A DNA stretch of 64,000 bases from Flavobacteriales bacterium (GTDB taxonomy: Bacteria > Bacteroidota > Bacteroidia > Flavobacteriales > CAJXXR01): NCBI GenBank assembly GCA_965243605.1, contig CBDEVQ010000089.1, forward strand, positions 1,462 to 65,461. Reading direction: 5' to 3'. A program made the position numbers and the translations under genes. Positions 46,101 to 53,916 of this stretch are shown one piece after another (position 1 is the stretch's first letter; every line of letters starts with the position of its first letter). A model generated the notes under the pieces. The model did not search any database and was not told the DNA's origin. It saw only the letters and a list, made by a program, of their open reading frames with translations.

Positions 46101-46703
46101 ATCCGTTGTAAACCCTAATCCAACTTTTGCTTTACCAAAAGCTTCAAAACTGGCATTAAATCCTTTAGTAATATCTACCCCTCTATAATTATTATAACGA
46201 ATTCCTAAACTTGCTCCAATACCAGCATTGGCTTTCTTTTCTTTTGCAAAATCACCAACAAAGATAATTTCAGATCCAAGTCCAAGATTAAAAGCACCTC
46301 CCATAGATAATGTTGTACTTGGTTTAATGTATCGATCTTTAACAATTACATCTCCATTAAAATCATCAGGTAAACCTCGAAGACCTCTTGTTAGTACTCC
46401 TGGATTTAAATTCCAACCTAACCCAACCCAAGATGCTTCCTCTTCCATACCTACACCAGCATGATAAGCCATATTTATTGGATAACCTCCATTAGGTCCA
46501 GGAACAGTTAATAAAGGAATATTATAGTTGAAATCTCCACTAAATACATCAACCATTTGATTCGTTGAAACAGGTTCAAAACTTTGCACTTCTGGTTGGG
46601 AAGGCCCACCAGTTAACGCAAAAGCCTGATAAGGAAAAATGGATTGAATGAATATTAAATTAGCCAACACAAATGGCCCTATTTTAAATTTTGTATTTAA
46701 CAT
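40125..46703 (-). CDS. 2192-aa secreted giant with SpvB-like N-terminal motif and C-terminal CBM-like region
   Basis: Signal peptide, then GGPSQPEVQSFEPVSTNQMVDVFSGDFNYNIPLLTVPGPNGGYPINMAYHAG...WVGLGWNLNPG. Near the C-terminus, SEAHTGSHSLKI...YVFSYWVK...GWV resembles a CBM4_9-type jelly roll. The last 60 aa are YD-like (YDPTDYKVLAELDNQNLATLYDYDINRN). Confidence 0.85.
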   Translation of the reverse strand: MLNTKFKIGPFVLANLIFIQSIFPYQAFALTGGPSQPEVQSFEPVSTNQMVDVFSGDFNYNIPLLTVPGPNGGYPINMAYHAGVGMEEEASWVGLGWNLNPGVLTRGLRGLPDDFNGDVIVKDRYIKPSTTLSMGGAFNLGLGSEIIFVGDFAKEKKANAGIGASLGIRYNNYRGVDITKGFNASFEAFGKAKVGLGFTTDTQNGSSITPSLSITGTFKKASQQFGLNLSKTLHSRQGALPTNFGLSVTPIKPNKSAFTYKGGGGSIGFSTNTYNTFMPSSSFRMDETSNKGMFEVGFAAFGTTAKVDIWAAKTESRLIAVDEYKNVKSYGYLYSENADKHGLLDFNRENDGAIHHDSPRLPLPVYTNDVFSASGHGIGGSFRAMRTDVGILGDPKVESESDGFEWSIEGGIGGGTHLGKDKNYSSNTTVSGRWQSIIPLLSGADYGFKNLDYKKNHPHFKPYYFKNTGEMSASQLTNSSSLKAVSSKVTSISKKLSIFGDADPNKFGVKHSVNPLSSVSHNFLHRNEFIGDAMSFKTIKELKDASDHSGYYSYLFPHPDMDDKWNLSIENHEDLMGEVSVVNSSGMRYVYGLPAMNTETNTYAFSIKEVTTDLGKVKKTVPYNSSEKKKMNKKGKDEFYEHVKTPAYAHAFHLTGIYSADYVDLTGNGPSKDDFGSYVLFNYDLATSDYEWRAPFFDANLAIGHPTSVGSNKHDDKANFTYGRKEIYYLSTIETKTHKAVFNTENREDAKGVSSEDQKDPDLSSGPNYELGESMKRLNTIELRMNNEAETLIKTVHFEYDYLLCKNTKNSTSLNKAKLTLTNVWFSRGTGADKYGGALNRYGFEYELGDAIDNVYSPYKIDRWGNYASTMSESDYNLFPYVNQDLDKATSDKEAGLWNLNRITLPSGADINISYEKDTYSYVQDKKAMQMYEVIGFASKEIEDSKTSYKLLDNNDKINKSKYLVVKKPINNSLFNLDAALSNISNVYFKIFMELSPNHNDYVEGYGKLEHGSSVISPVLDSSGGDYIEGGDEYILLKLKPASLGKKIKTHPVRAGGIRYIKNERPEVISEPVSDNFLEAAFDVVNVIQLLSDFTDVFKGYYKVAMKKGSSSKFIPIDTNPGSENMYYKSFIRLNSVGKKFGGGHRVSQITLNDNWSSMAGGDASDMLYGQTFQYEDDKGNSYGVCSYEPLVGSEENPFKQPLYYKGDSYIIDNEARYVEDTYGEQFQPSPMVGYSKVIVENIVRDEEIEGTERLTEKSGAGKQVHEFYTNKDFPVVIQHSNAKNKVSDVKTNIALPYIGSFTANFAAYSQGYRVHLNDMAGKVKQVSSYKTTQDLFDDDVDHQPLTYTKYEYQTKKVRHYDGSYKNILDPEAWVMGDKSAITKKNLGESREFYLDTRYQKSRNYTLGEAYNLDVPSFTLPIPPAMDYQLQFSLDVSGYSSLVSNEVVNRRGVLSKTIQFNKGQRIVTKNNVYDVYSGKPMLVSVNNDQYKETHALEMLAHQRYPQMGAAYENLGKEIYMKPTGYFSGSKASFSFGSTNQNALSAFRPGDLVSLYKESTNEYLGHYSVSGVNNTQLDLGGYYNIYTPTGASDFNEDIEIIPGDEYRFKIVKSGNTNQLTASIGSVLSLNENIAGLMFGQHEIFQWLNGLQPMSRHIIEEIDLPNTVGCSYDRINTESFSESKRTKIFNETNACPGYTLKVDYYQIGYDAFPNASCFGDNYVPFTGDLYLKIESHEEEDESTISDNDVIEQFIYDKINDNPLPCVNTGAFYYFASPTEIECQEISPQTGEEVTYSWISIDLPDLLKQSWYEAFKVCYDVLDANAVTYKDDWNNDKLLYGENAFLGNSSTDIPESSKYRSGAKGIWKPYKSFVVNPEIERVRVDYKGDATLEESDLSMSGVYSLFKPFDWEDQSNNSEWTKTNEMTKYSPYGFALESKNALDQYSTELIGFDNTVPVAVSGNARFGEIGCYDFEQTDVGTDVSGLEIGNLFFIPTAVNSATVSNSEAHTGSHSLKIDSDCHVVRRGKDFDPTKKYVFSYWVKNTNSCEGLCPNVKLYYFYTNTLGQSFKTEMDIEDVQIQVTPPIEGWVRTDLIAKVNSSLIQSSVLEHGLQLEWDGVSEDTYIDDIRIHPFNSSMKTIVYDPTDYKVLAELDNQNLATLYDYDINRNLFQIKKETTRGIKTLQTTRQNLPIQY

Positions 46704-46707
46704 TTTA

Positions 46708-47313
46708 TTACATTTTTAGTGTTGGTTGATTATTTAATACTTCTAAACTTTGTGTAAATTGTAGTTTCCCCAAATTAAATAGGCGTTCCTCATAAATAAA
46801 GGTTTGCTTACCACTAGATTTTGATGATTTAGGAAAGGTTAACAAGAGAATCAATCCTTTTTGCATTCCATAACTCCGTTCAAAATAGCTGTCGATACAA
46901 TGGATTGTATCTGAAGATTCTACAATGTAAAAATCAGGTTGAATATCAGACAATAAAAATTCTAAACGCCCAACATAATCCTGAGTATTTGTTGCCCCGA
47001 AATTTACTAACGAAGACTCACCATCAGCATGAGATACAGAAAGCTTATAATAGTCAAAATGAGAATACCGTAATTGAATACTGTCATTAATAGCCTTAGG
47101 AGATGATCTGAAATCCATGAGCATTTTATAATCGGATGGTATATACTCTAAATTTGTAACTATACCTCCCACTTGTTTCTGCCAAAACATTTCACTTGAC
47201 TGCACCCAAGAAATATAATCAGATCTACTATAAACTTCTTGACTTAAATCCTTTTTACAACTCATAAAAAAAGCAAAAAGTAATCCTATAAAACTATATT
47301 TAATCCCCTTCAT
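46708..47313 (-). CDS. Lipoprotein, unknown function
   Basis: Lipobox FFMSC; 4-nt gap to the next gene. Confidence 0.6.
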   Translation of the reverse strand: MKGIKYSFIGLLFAFFMSCKKDLSQEVYSRSDYISWVQSSEMFWQKQVGGIVTNLEYIPSDYKMLMDFRSSPKAINDSIQLRYSHFDYYKLSVSHADGESSLVNFGATNTQDYVGRLEFLLSDIQPDFYIVESSDTIHCIDSYFERSYGMQKGLILLLTFPKSSKSSGKQTFIYEERLFNLGKLQFTQSLEVLNNQPTLKM

Positions 47314-47797
47314 ATTTTTTATTAATATAAGTCAACATTTCATCAGTTACATCCAAATCTTGAGCCCCATACATAACTTGTCCTTCTCCTTTCACGCCTA
47401 AAATAATATCATATTTAGAATGAGATCCAAAATCTTTAACGTAGGTATTAATTTGTTTCCAAATCTGATCGTCATACTGTAAACCTAAACGCTCAATTTC
47501 CTGTGTATAATCCTGCTGATATGAACCATAAAGTGAAGCATACTTGTTATACTTTTCTGATTCTTTATCCAATTTTAAAATTTCGACTTCTAAACTATCT
47601 AAATGAATTTTTCTGAGTGATTTAACATGGTCATATTTCTCAGTTAATTCTTTAGTTAAATCAAAATTTTGATATACCTGATTTAAATCAACATAAGCTG
47701 CTGGTTTAGATGAATATGCCATCACCATAAAGACAGTAATCCCTAATAACCAAATTACTAATACCCATTGTACAATCTTATTCATAATTATTTTCAC
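47300..47797 (-). CDS. OmpH/Skp-like periplasmic chaperone candidate
   Basis: 165 aa with an N-terminal anchor, then AAYVDLNQVYQNFDLTKELTEKY and long charged helices typical of the OmpH family. Confidence 0.5.
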   Translation of the reverse strand: MKIIMNKIVQWVLVIWLLGITVFMVMAYSSKPAAYVDLNQVYQNFDLTKELTEKYDHVKSLRKIHLDSLEVEILKLDKESEKYNKYASLYGSYQQDYTQEIERLGLQYDDQIWKQINTYVKDFGSHSKYDIILGVKGEGQVMYGAQDLDVTDEMLTYINKKYEGD

Positions 47798-48672
47798 TAA
47801 TTTTTATATACAAAATCGAAATAACGATACTCTCCCTTATTTCCATAAATTTCTATTCGATAATGGTCATTAACCTTTAAATCCCCTTGTGATATCAATT
47901 CTGTTAATCCACATTGATATGTATTTAAACCTCTTTCCACAGGGAAATCACGTTTGGGTACAAGCTTACGTTTCCCATCTGAAATATTATAAATACTAAA
48001 TGACAATTGAGACCCTTCACTTTGATGGTATCTCTCTTGGTAATAAAACCCCAACTGATCTCCTATTTCAATTACCCGAGTATTTTTCTTTGTTGTAACC
48101 ATATTAATGGATACTGTTGGTTGAATACGTTCATTTGCAAAACTTGCTTTAACATCTGGTAATATAGAGCCTACTGTATGTGATGAACCAGAAACAAACA
48201 AATCTATTGTTACGTTTCTACCTGACACATATATTAGCTTCTCGTTATGGAAATAATGTATCCTATTGTTAATTTTATGAATCTCTATTAAATCTCCTAT
48301 TACTAGTCCAGGGCCAACTAAGCGCTTAGTTCCGGACTCATAAATATACAATCTACGTTGTGCTTGATATAAAGCATACTCAATATCTCTATAATGATTT
48401 GTTGTACTATTACGCCCTAAACCTACCATTTTATAACTACTAACCTCTTGTACAACGATCTCTATCTCTCCATCTTCGGAAAGAGGTAAAACATCTTTAG
48501 AAACACTTCCTGAATTCCACCCTTTAGCAGAGCACTTTATTTGCCTTCCTGAAGATTCACAATATCCTGTTACTCTGTCCCACTCTATTGAATTTAAAGT
48601 TTGAGCATTTCCACTCTTCAATACTAAGACAAAGCATAAAATAGAAAGCACCCATTTTATATTTATTTTCAT
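47797..48672 (-). CDS. Secreted protein, unknown function
   Basis: Signal peptide ending NAQ; 1-nt overlap with the next gene. Confidence 0.6.
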   Translation of the reverse strand: MKINIKWVLSILCFVLVLKSGNAQTLNSIEWDRVTGYCESSGRQIKCSAKGWNSGSVSKDVLPLSEDGEIEIVVQEVSSYKMVGLGRNSTTNHYRDIEYALYQAQRRLYIYESGTKRLVGPGLVIGDLIEIHKINNRIHYFHNEKLIYVSGRNVTIDLFVSGSSHTVGSILPDVKASFANERIQPTVSINMVTTKKNTRVIEIGDQLGFYYQERYHQSEGSQLSFSIYNISDGKRKLVPKRDFPVERGLNTYQCGLTELISQGDLKVNDHYRIEIYGNKGEYRYFDFVYKN

Positions 48673-48697
48673 TCTAAATTATTTTTACTATTAGTTA

Positions 48698-49156
48698 TTA
48701 TCTTTCAATATTTCCCGAAAAAGGTATTGTATGATGTCCTAAACTATCTTCTAACTCTATAGAATAATGCAATAAACTATCTACAGTATATTCACCAACT
48801 TTTATGTTAATAAAATTGGCATATGTATCATAAACTAAATTGATGGTTGATATATTTGAATTCACACTATAGGATTGTGATAATACATTTGAATCTCCTA
48901 TACTTTTACCAATGTTAATATGAACCTGATCGACTAAGGAAGAATCTTCTACTTCTACTATAAATATTATTTCAAATTCACTTACATCAGTCATTAAATC
49001 ATCCATAGTGATATCTACTAAAGTATCTACGACTGATGTTGAATCTTCAGATATTACAAGAACCGTTGCACAGTCAATAATTGATAAATTCTGAGCTTTA
49101 ACAAGTCCTATACAAAAAAGACAAATTACACAAATTAAGTATTTCATTTTCAACAT
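48698..49156 (-). CDS. Secreted protein, unknown function (first gene of the operon)
   Basis: Signal peptide ending KAQ. Has a 300-nt AT-rich upstream region containing TAATTTTG (minus strand, 49197-49190), which fits the Bacteroidota -7 element TAnnTTTG. Confidence 0.55.
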   Translation of the reverse strand: MLKMKYLICVICLFCIGLVKAQNLSIIDCATVLVISEDSTSVVDTLVDITMDDLMTDVSEFEIIFIVEVEDSSLVDQVHINIGKSIGDSNVLSQSYSVNSNISTINLVYDTYANFINIKVGEYTVDSLLHYSIELEDSLGHHTIPFSGNIER

Positions 49157-49460
49157 TATTATATGTATTTCATTATTCTAATAAGTGATCAAAATTATAG
49201 TAAAATACCTTAATTTCAAAATTGATTACTAAACTTTCATAAAGTGTATTTTTATTTTTTTTTAAAAAAAAATAAACTTCACACCAAGGTTACTTACCAA
49301 GTACTGTAGATATAAACAACTTCTAAAAAAACAACATTAACTATTGTTATATATTTTTTTTAAAAAATTAATTATATTTAAACAGTATAAAACAAATAAC
49401 TCCTTTAATTGTTCTTCTAAATATTATTTATTTCCTTCAATTTTAGTTTTATTTCATTAC

Positions 49461-50129
49461 TTATTTAATCCATTCTACAGTTGCAACAGCATCTTTCCAT
49501 AATTCAGCAATTGCACCATCTGTTAGGTAATTAAAATAATTTTCAAAGTCAATTAGAATAGATTTTGCTTTTTCTTCGCCATTTATTGCAAGGAGTTCTA
49601 ATTTACCAATGATCAACTCTAGATCTTCAAGTTCTCCTCTCAATTTCATATTTTCGAGTTCGATATAAAACGCATCGATCCGTTCTTTTTTTATTGTAAT
49701 ATTATGGTAATATGTCAATTGCCCAGTTGAAATTATATCATTCCCTTTTTCATATATCCGTTCAATACCAATTGGTAATGGCATCCATTCCCAATTTTCT
49801 CCTGCTGGATAGAGTCTAAGCTCAATAATTTCTAATGCATTATTCTTTATGGAAACTTTACAGTTTTGAAGCGCCTCATATTCAACATACACAGTACCGG
49901 TTTCACAATTAAATACGTTAAATTCTGAGATTAACAACTCGTTATCTGCAGTTCTATTTTGTTCAAACCCACAAACTGATATTTTTTGACCATTTGAAAA
50001 ATTGTATATCAAATTGGGTATATCTTGATCATTTGAACCAATTCCTTTATAGCATCTACAGTCTTTATTTTGTCCAAAAGAAATAACGGAATTAAGCAAA
50101 AAGAAACTAAGTATTAATATATTTTTCAT
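49461..50129 (-). CDS. Secreted protein, unknown function
   Basis: Signal peptide LNSVISFGQ. Confidence 0.55.
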   Translation of the reverse strand: MKNILILSFFLLNSVISFGQNKDCRCYKGIGSNDQDIPNLIYNFSNGQKISVCGFEQNRTADNELLISEFNVFNCETGTVYVEYEALQNCKVSIKNNALEIIELRLYPAGENWEWMPLPIGIERIYEKGNDIISTGQLTYYHNITIKKERIDAFYIELENMKLRGELEDLELIIGKLELLAINGEEKAKSILIDFENYFNYLTDGAIAELWKDAVATVEWIK

Positions 50130-50397
50130 GATTCTAATTTACTATTATTTATTCTATAATATTTGTGATTTTATAACTTCCAAAATGGTATCCATACGTT
50201 TACAGACTCTTAGGGATTGTTCTAAATTATATTCGAATTATAAAAACTCTTTCTCACTTGAGTTTCTTTACGATCCATTCTTCTTCTTTTTTTGTTGTTA
50301 TTGCATGATGTCCAAAAGGCAACATGTCAAGAATACTAATAATAGATAAATTAGGATTCATATCAACATTTGACAGATAATACGTTTTAAAACGCTC

Positions 50398-50573
50398 TTA
50401 ATATTCATCAAAATAACCTCTCCATATTCCATGTAAAACAACATTATGAGCAGCATCAGCACGGTAATAGGAATCAATTTCATATATAAATTCTCCTTTA
50501 CTATGAGTATATTTAAATATTCTAGTTTTCCCTTCTCCTAATTGTCTAGAGAAGTTCCCAGACCCTTTTTGAT
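50398..50573 (-). pseudogene. Startless 3' remnant of a paralog of gene 51079..51546
   Basis: Manual translation ...RQLGEGKTRIFKYTHSKGEFIYEIDSYYRADAAHNVVLHGIWRGYFDEY* aligns with ...KEIGEGKTKIFRYLHEKGEFLYEIDSYYPADAAHNNILHKMWTGYFDEV*. No start codon; bounded upstream by the stop of the 128-aa gene. Confidence 0.65.
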
Positions 50574-50576
50574 ATA

Positions 50577-50963
50577 TTATTCAGGCATTTTTCTATGATT
50601 TATCATCTTATTCGATAAATCACTACACTCTGGCATATAATCATAATTAACATATATATATCTAGTATAATATTGATACCATAACAAAAACTTCCATGGA
50701 TCTTTCTTAAAAGTCCGATAAAGTTTATAATCTTTATCTATATTCTCAGGTTTATTTTTAAAATCATCAAACGTACTCTCAAGATATTCAACCTTCCCAC
50801 CTTTAAAAAAAAGAATTTTATAAACAAACTTACAATCAGCTGTCTGAAACAAATATTTTTCTTGACTACCAAAAAGGTATAATCCTATCGTTCCAAGAAA
50901 AATATTTAATAATACAATAATTGAAATAATCCACAATAATATCCTTTTAGCTTTTTTAATCAT
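50577..50963 (-). CDS. Small membrane-anchored protein
   Basis: One N-terminal hydrophobic helix. Confidence 0.5.
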   Translation of the reverse strand: MIKKAKRILLWIISIIVLLNIFLGTIGLYLFGSQEKYLFQTADCKFVYKILFFKGGKVEYLESTFDDFKNKPENIDKDYKLYRTFKKDPWKFLLWYQYYTRYIYVNYDYMPECSDLSNKMINHRKMPE

Positions 50964-51078
50964 AACTTATATCTTACTTAATTTTTCCTTTCAGAAACTT
51001 ATTATGTACTAAAATACCATTTGCAAAGAAATTAGGATTCATATCAACATTTGAAAGATTATACGTTTTAAAACGTCC

Positions 51079-51546
51079 TTAAACTTCATCAAAATAACCT
51101 GTCCACATTTTATGAAGAATATTATTATGAGCTGCATCAGCTGGATAATAAGAATCTATTTCATATAAAAACTCCCCTTTCTCATGTAAGTACCTAAAAA
51201 TCTTAGTTTTCCCCTCTCCTATTTCTTTAGAATACCTAAAATAAGTTATGTCACTTTCTAAAAAATCTTTATAACTCATTTTATACAAAATGCCTTTAAA
51301 ACGACTATACATATTTCTAGTCGTTAAAACTGTAATATTAGTATTTGGTAAAATACAGTACATAACAGGTAATTCAAATTGCTCAAAATCAAACAATTTA
51401 AAATATTCTATTTTAAATTCCTTAGCCTTTTCAAAATCAATAATAACTACAGTATTCTCTGTATCATTATTCGTTTTAAGAATACTCCCTCCATACCTAT
51501 CAACTAATTTAGATGACATTTTTTTAAATAAATTTAGATCAATCAT
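51079..51546 (-). CDS. Hypothetical cytoplasmic protein (immunity-like size)
   Basis: ORF with a paralogous remnant at 50398-50573. Confidence 0.55.
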   Translation of the reverse strand: MIDLNLFKKMSSKLVDRYGGSILKTNNDTENTVVIIDFEKAKEFKIEYFKLFDFEQFELPVMYCILPNTNITVLTTRNMYSRFKGILYKMSYKDFLESDITYFRYSKEIGEGKTKIFRYLHEKGEFLYEIDSYYPADAAHNNILHKMWTGYFDEV

Positions 51547-51626
51547 AAACTATAAATCTTTAGTTCTTAATAAATGACTATTGTGAATTACTGAGACTAC
51601 TCATTACATAGAACCTATCACCCTAA

Positions 51627-52232
51627 TCACGGTGTATACAGATTTACGATTATTTTTCTTAATACATTATTTCTAAAATAAAACCGACTTTCACTGGTGT
51701 CATCATTGACCTTAATGGAATCGCAAAAATGAGAACTATGCTCTGAAAATACGTATTGAAATTGCTCTTTATTCATTCCAACATCTATCAATTTTTGTTT
51801 ATGTATTAATTGATAATCTTCTGGATTATTCACTTTATAAAACTCAGAGGAGAAATTTATTTCGGCATACTCTAATAGCAGCCTTCCGTTCAATAATAAA
51901 AAGGTATAGGTATTAACCTCTGTTTGGAAATTACTATTAGATTTTGAAAATGTTACATATGTCCTTCCCTCATTGGCTTGATGGTATGTTTTATCAAACG
52001 TACCAAACCACTTTTCAGAAAGAACACTTTCAGCAAATATGGTATTTTGATCAAATACAAATGTTGGAATTGCATTATCTAAATATAAATACTCAGTACA
52101 CGAATCTGAATCTATTACGGCATGTGCAGAATACTTAAGGGAGGGGTCTATAGAACTTGAATAATCTTCATTTTTCAGACCGAAAAAAAAAGCAATCAAA
52201 ATAATGGAATACTGGAATGTATTTTGAATCAT
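51627..52232 (-). CDS. Secreted protein, unknown function
   Basis: N-terminal hydrophobic signal-like segment. Confidence 0.5.
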   Translation of the reverse strand: MIQNTFQYSIILIAFFFGLKNEDYSSSIDPSLKYSAHAVIDSDSCTEYLYLDNAIPTFVFDQNTIFAESVLSEKWFGTFDKTYHQANEGRTYVTFSKSNSNFQTEVNTYTFLLLNGRLLLEYAEINFSSEFYKVNNPEDYQLIHKQKLIDVGMNKEQFQYVFSEHSSHFCDSIKVNDDTSESRFYFRNNVLRKIIVNLYTP

Positions 52233-52288
52233 ATGTCTTTAATCGCTAATTATATTATTTGATAATCTATATCATATTATTACGGTGT

Positions 52289-52714
52289 TTACACCCCTTT
52301 ATTACAATCTAGGCAAACACCTTCAAGTGTGAGTTTAGCATGTTTTATTGTAAACCCTTCGGCATTCGTAATAACAGGAATTTCAATATCTTCTATACAA
52401 TACGTTTTATTGCAATTATCGCAAATAAAATGGGCATGATTGTGTTGATGACCGCTTGAACTACACTTCTCTTCATGGCATAGTGCATAGCGAATTAAAT
52501 TGCTTTTATCTGGAACTTGATGTATTAATCCAGTCTTTTCGAATGCATCAAGGGCACGGTATATGGTCACCTTATCATTCGTACTTTTAACTTTACTTTT
52601 TATTTCTTCTACAGTTAGAGAAGAGCGTGCGTCAGAAAATAGGGTCAATAATTCTTTTCTAAATGCCGTTTTCCTTAAACCATGATTTTTTAATATCAAT
52701 TCTAAGTCTGCCAT
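52289..52714 (-). CDS. Fur-family metalloregulator (Zur-like by context)
   Basis: The wHTH is VTIYRALDAFEKTGLIHQV. It also has a His-rich stretch (SGHQHNHAHF) and two CxxC pairs (CDNC, CLDC). Confidence 0.85.
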   Translation of the reverse strand: MADLELILKNHGLRKTAFRKELLTLFSDARSSLTVEEIKSKVKSTNDKVTIYRALDAFEKTGLIHQVPDKSNLIRYALCHEEKCSSSGHQHNHAHFICDNCNKTYCIEDIEIPVITNAEGFTIKHAKLTLEGVCLDCNKGV

Positions 52715-52764
52715 CTTTGCCTTTTGAGATATTAGCCAAAGGTAATTAATAATTTAATTAAATA

Positions 52765-52783
52765 AACGCAACTAAATTGCGTT
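52765..52783. promoter_or_regulatory. Box O1 AACGCAACTAAATTGCGTT
   Basis: 19-bp palindrome in the divergent fur-family/merC-like intergenic region. Confidence 0.5.
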
Positions 52784-52802
52784 AAATGTATTTTTACTTA
52801 TA

Positions 52803-52821
52803 TTTGCAACTGAGTTGCGTT
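52803..52821. promoter_or_regulatory. Box O2 TTTGCAACTGAGTTGCGTT
   Basis: Second copy, 17 nt before the merC-like ATG. O1 and O2 are flanked by inverted AATTTAATTAAAT arms. Confidence 0.5.
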
Positions 52822-52837
52822 TAATTAAATTAATTTT

Positions 52838-53233
52838 ATGAATACTTCCCTCAAAGTAGATTATGTTGGTATTGTAGCTGGCTTCTTATGTTTAGTACAT
52901 TGTGTGGCTACTCCTTTTATTTTCATTGCAAAATCCTGTGCAGTTTCTTGCTGTGCTAATACACCTACATGGTGGTATACCATAGATTGGATTTTCCTTG
53001 TTATTTCTTGTTTAGCCATATACAACTCCACCAAAACATCTCAAAAATCGTGGGTAAAAATAGCCTTATGGACAAATTGGGCTGCATTATTATTCATTGT
53101 GGCTAATGAGAAATTAGAATTCATTTTTTTAGCTAAAGAAGCCATCTATTTCCCATCTATACTTATTGTCATTTTACATGTATACAACCTTAAATACTGT
53201 CAATGTAAAGAAGACAAATGTTGTGTAAATTAA
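52838..53233 (+). CDS. MerC-like Cys-rich membrane protein
   Basis: Four hydrophobic helices with LCLVHCVATP and SCAVSCCA motifs. Confidence 0.55.
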   Translation: MNTSLKVDYVGIVAGFLCLVHCVATPFIFIAKSCAVSCCANTPTWWYTIDWIFLVISCLAIYNSTKTSQKSWVKIALWTNWAALLFIVANEKLEFIFLAKEAIYFPSILIVILHVYNLKYCQCKEDKCCVN

Positions 53234-53241
53234 ATTAATCC

Positions 53242-53913
53242 ATGAAAAAAAAACAAGTTGAGGCTATTGAAGCCATTGGCGATAGTCATATATCAACCAA
53301 TATAGAAACCCCATTGCGTAAAGATGCCTTTCAAAAATCTGATGAAGAAAAAATTGAGGCTATTCAAGCACACTTCACAAAAATAATGGAAGAATTAGGC
53401 TTAGATTTAACAGACGATAGTTTGTCTGGAACGCCTTTTCGTGTGGCTAAAATGTATGTTAAAGAGCTCTTTTACGGGTTACATCCAGAAAATAAACCTA
53501 AGCTTTCTATCTTCGATAACAAATACGGGTATAAAAAAATGCTGATTGAGCAAAACATCAGCCTTGATTCAGTTTGTGAGCATCACTTTTTGCCAATTAC
53601 GGGTTATGCACATGTGGCTTATATTCCTAAAGACAAAGTGATCGGGTTATCTAAAATAAACCGACTCGTGCATTATTATGCGCACCGTCCACAGGTTCAA
53701 GAAAGACTTTGTCTGCAAATATTAACCGAATTACAAAACGTTCTTAATACTAAAGATATTATCGTAATGGTTCATGCTAAACATTTGTGTGTATCGTCTA
53801 GGGGTATTAAAGATAAAACAAGCTTTACAACAACATTAGAGTATAGTGGAAAGTTTAAGCAATCTAAATATCGAAATGAATTTTTAACCTGCATTCATCC
53901 GAAAGATATATAA
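53242..53913 (+). CDS. folE: GTP cyclohydrolase I (type IA)
   Basis: GTPFRVAKMY, the zinc/active-site motif SVCEHHFLPITG, YAHRPQVQERL and HLCVSSRG. Confidence 0.9.
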   Translation: MKKKQVEAIEAIGDSHISTNIETPLRKDAFQKSDEEKIEAIQAHFTKIMEELGLDLTDDSLSGTPFRVAKMYVKELFYGLHPENKPKLSIFDNKYGYKKMLIEQNISLDSVCEHHFLPITGYAHVAYIPKDKVIGLSKINRLVHYYAHRPQVQERLCLQILTELQNVLNTKDIIVMVHAKHLCVSSRGIKDKTSFTTTLEYSGKFKQSKYRNEFLTCIHPKDI

Positions 53914-53916
53914 TTT

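Noticed and set aside
24047-46703. Complete Tc (ABC) insecticidal toxin complex
   Set aside because: SpvB-like, FG-GAP and RHS parts (B/C-like) are present. However, I see no TcA-like pentameric injector gene, and the large proteins carry Sec signal peptides, unlike classical Tc subunits.
22845-49156. T6SS-linked RHS effectors
   Set aside because: The window has no Hcp, VgrG, PAAR, TssB/C or adaptor genes that I can recognise. Both RHS proteins begin with cleavable signal peptides, which is atypical for T6SS cargo. A distant T6SS locus cannot be excluded from this window alone.
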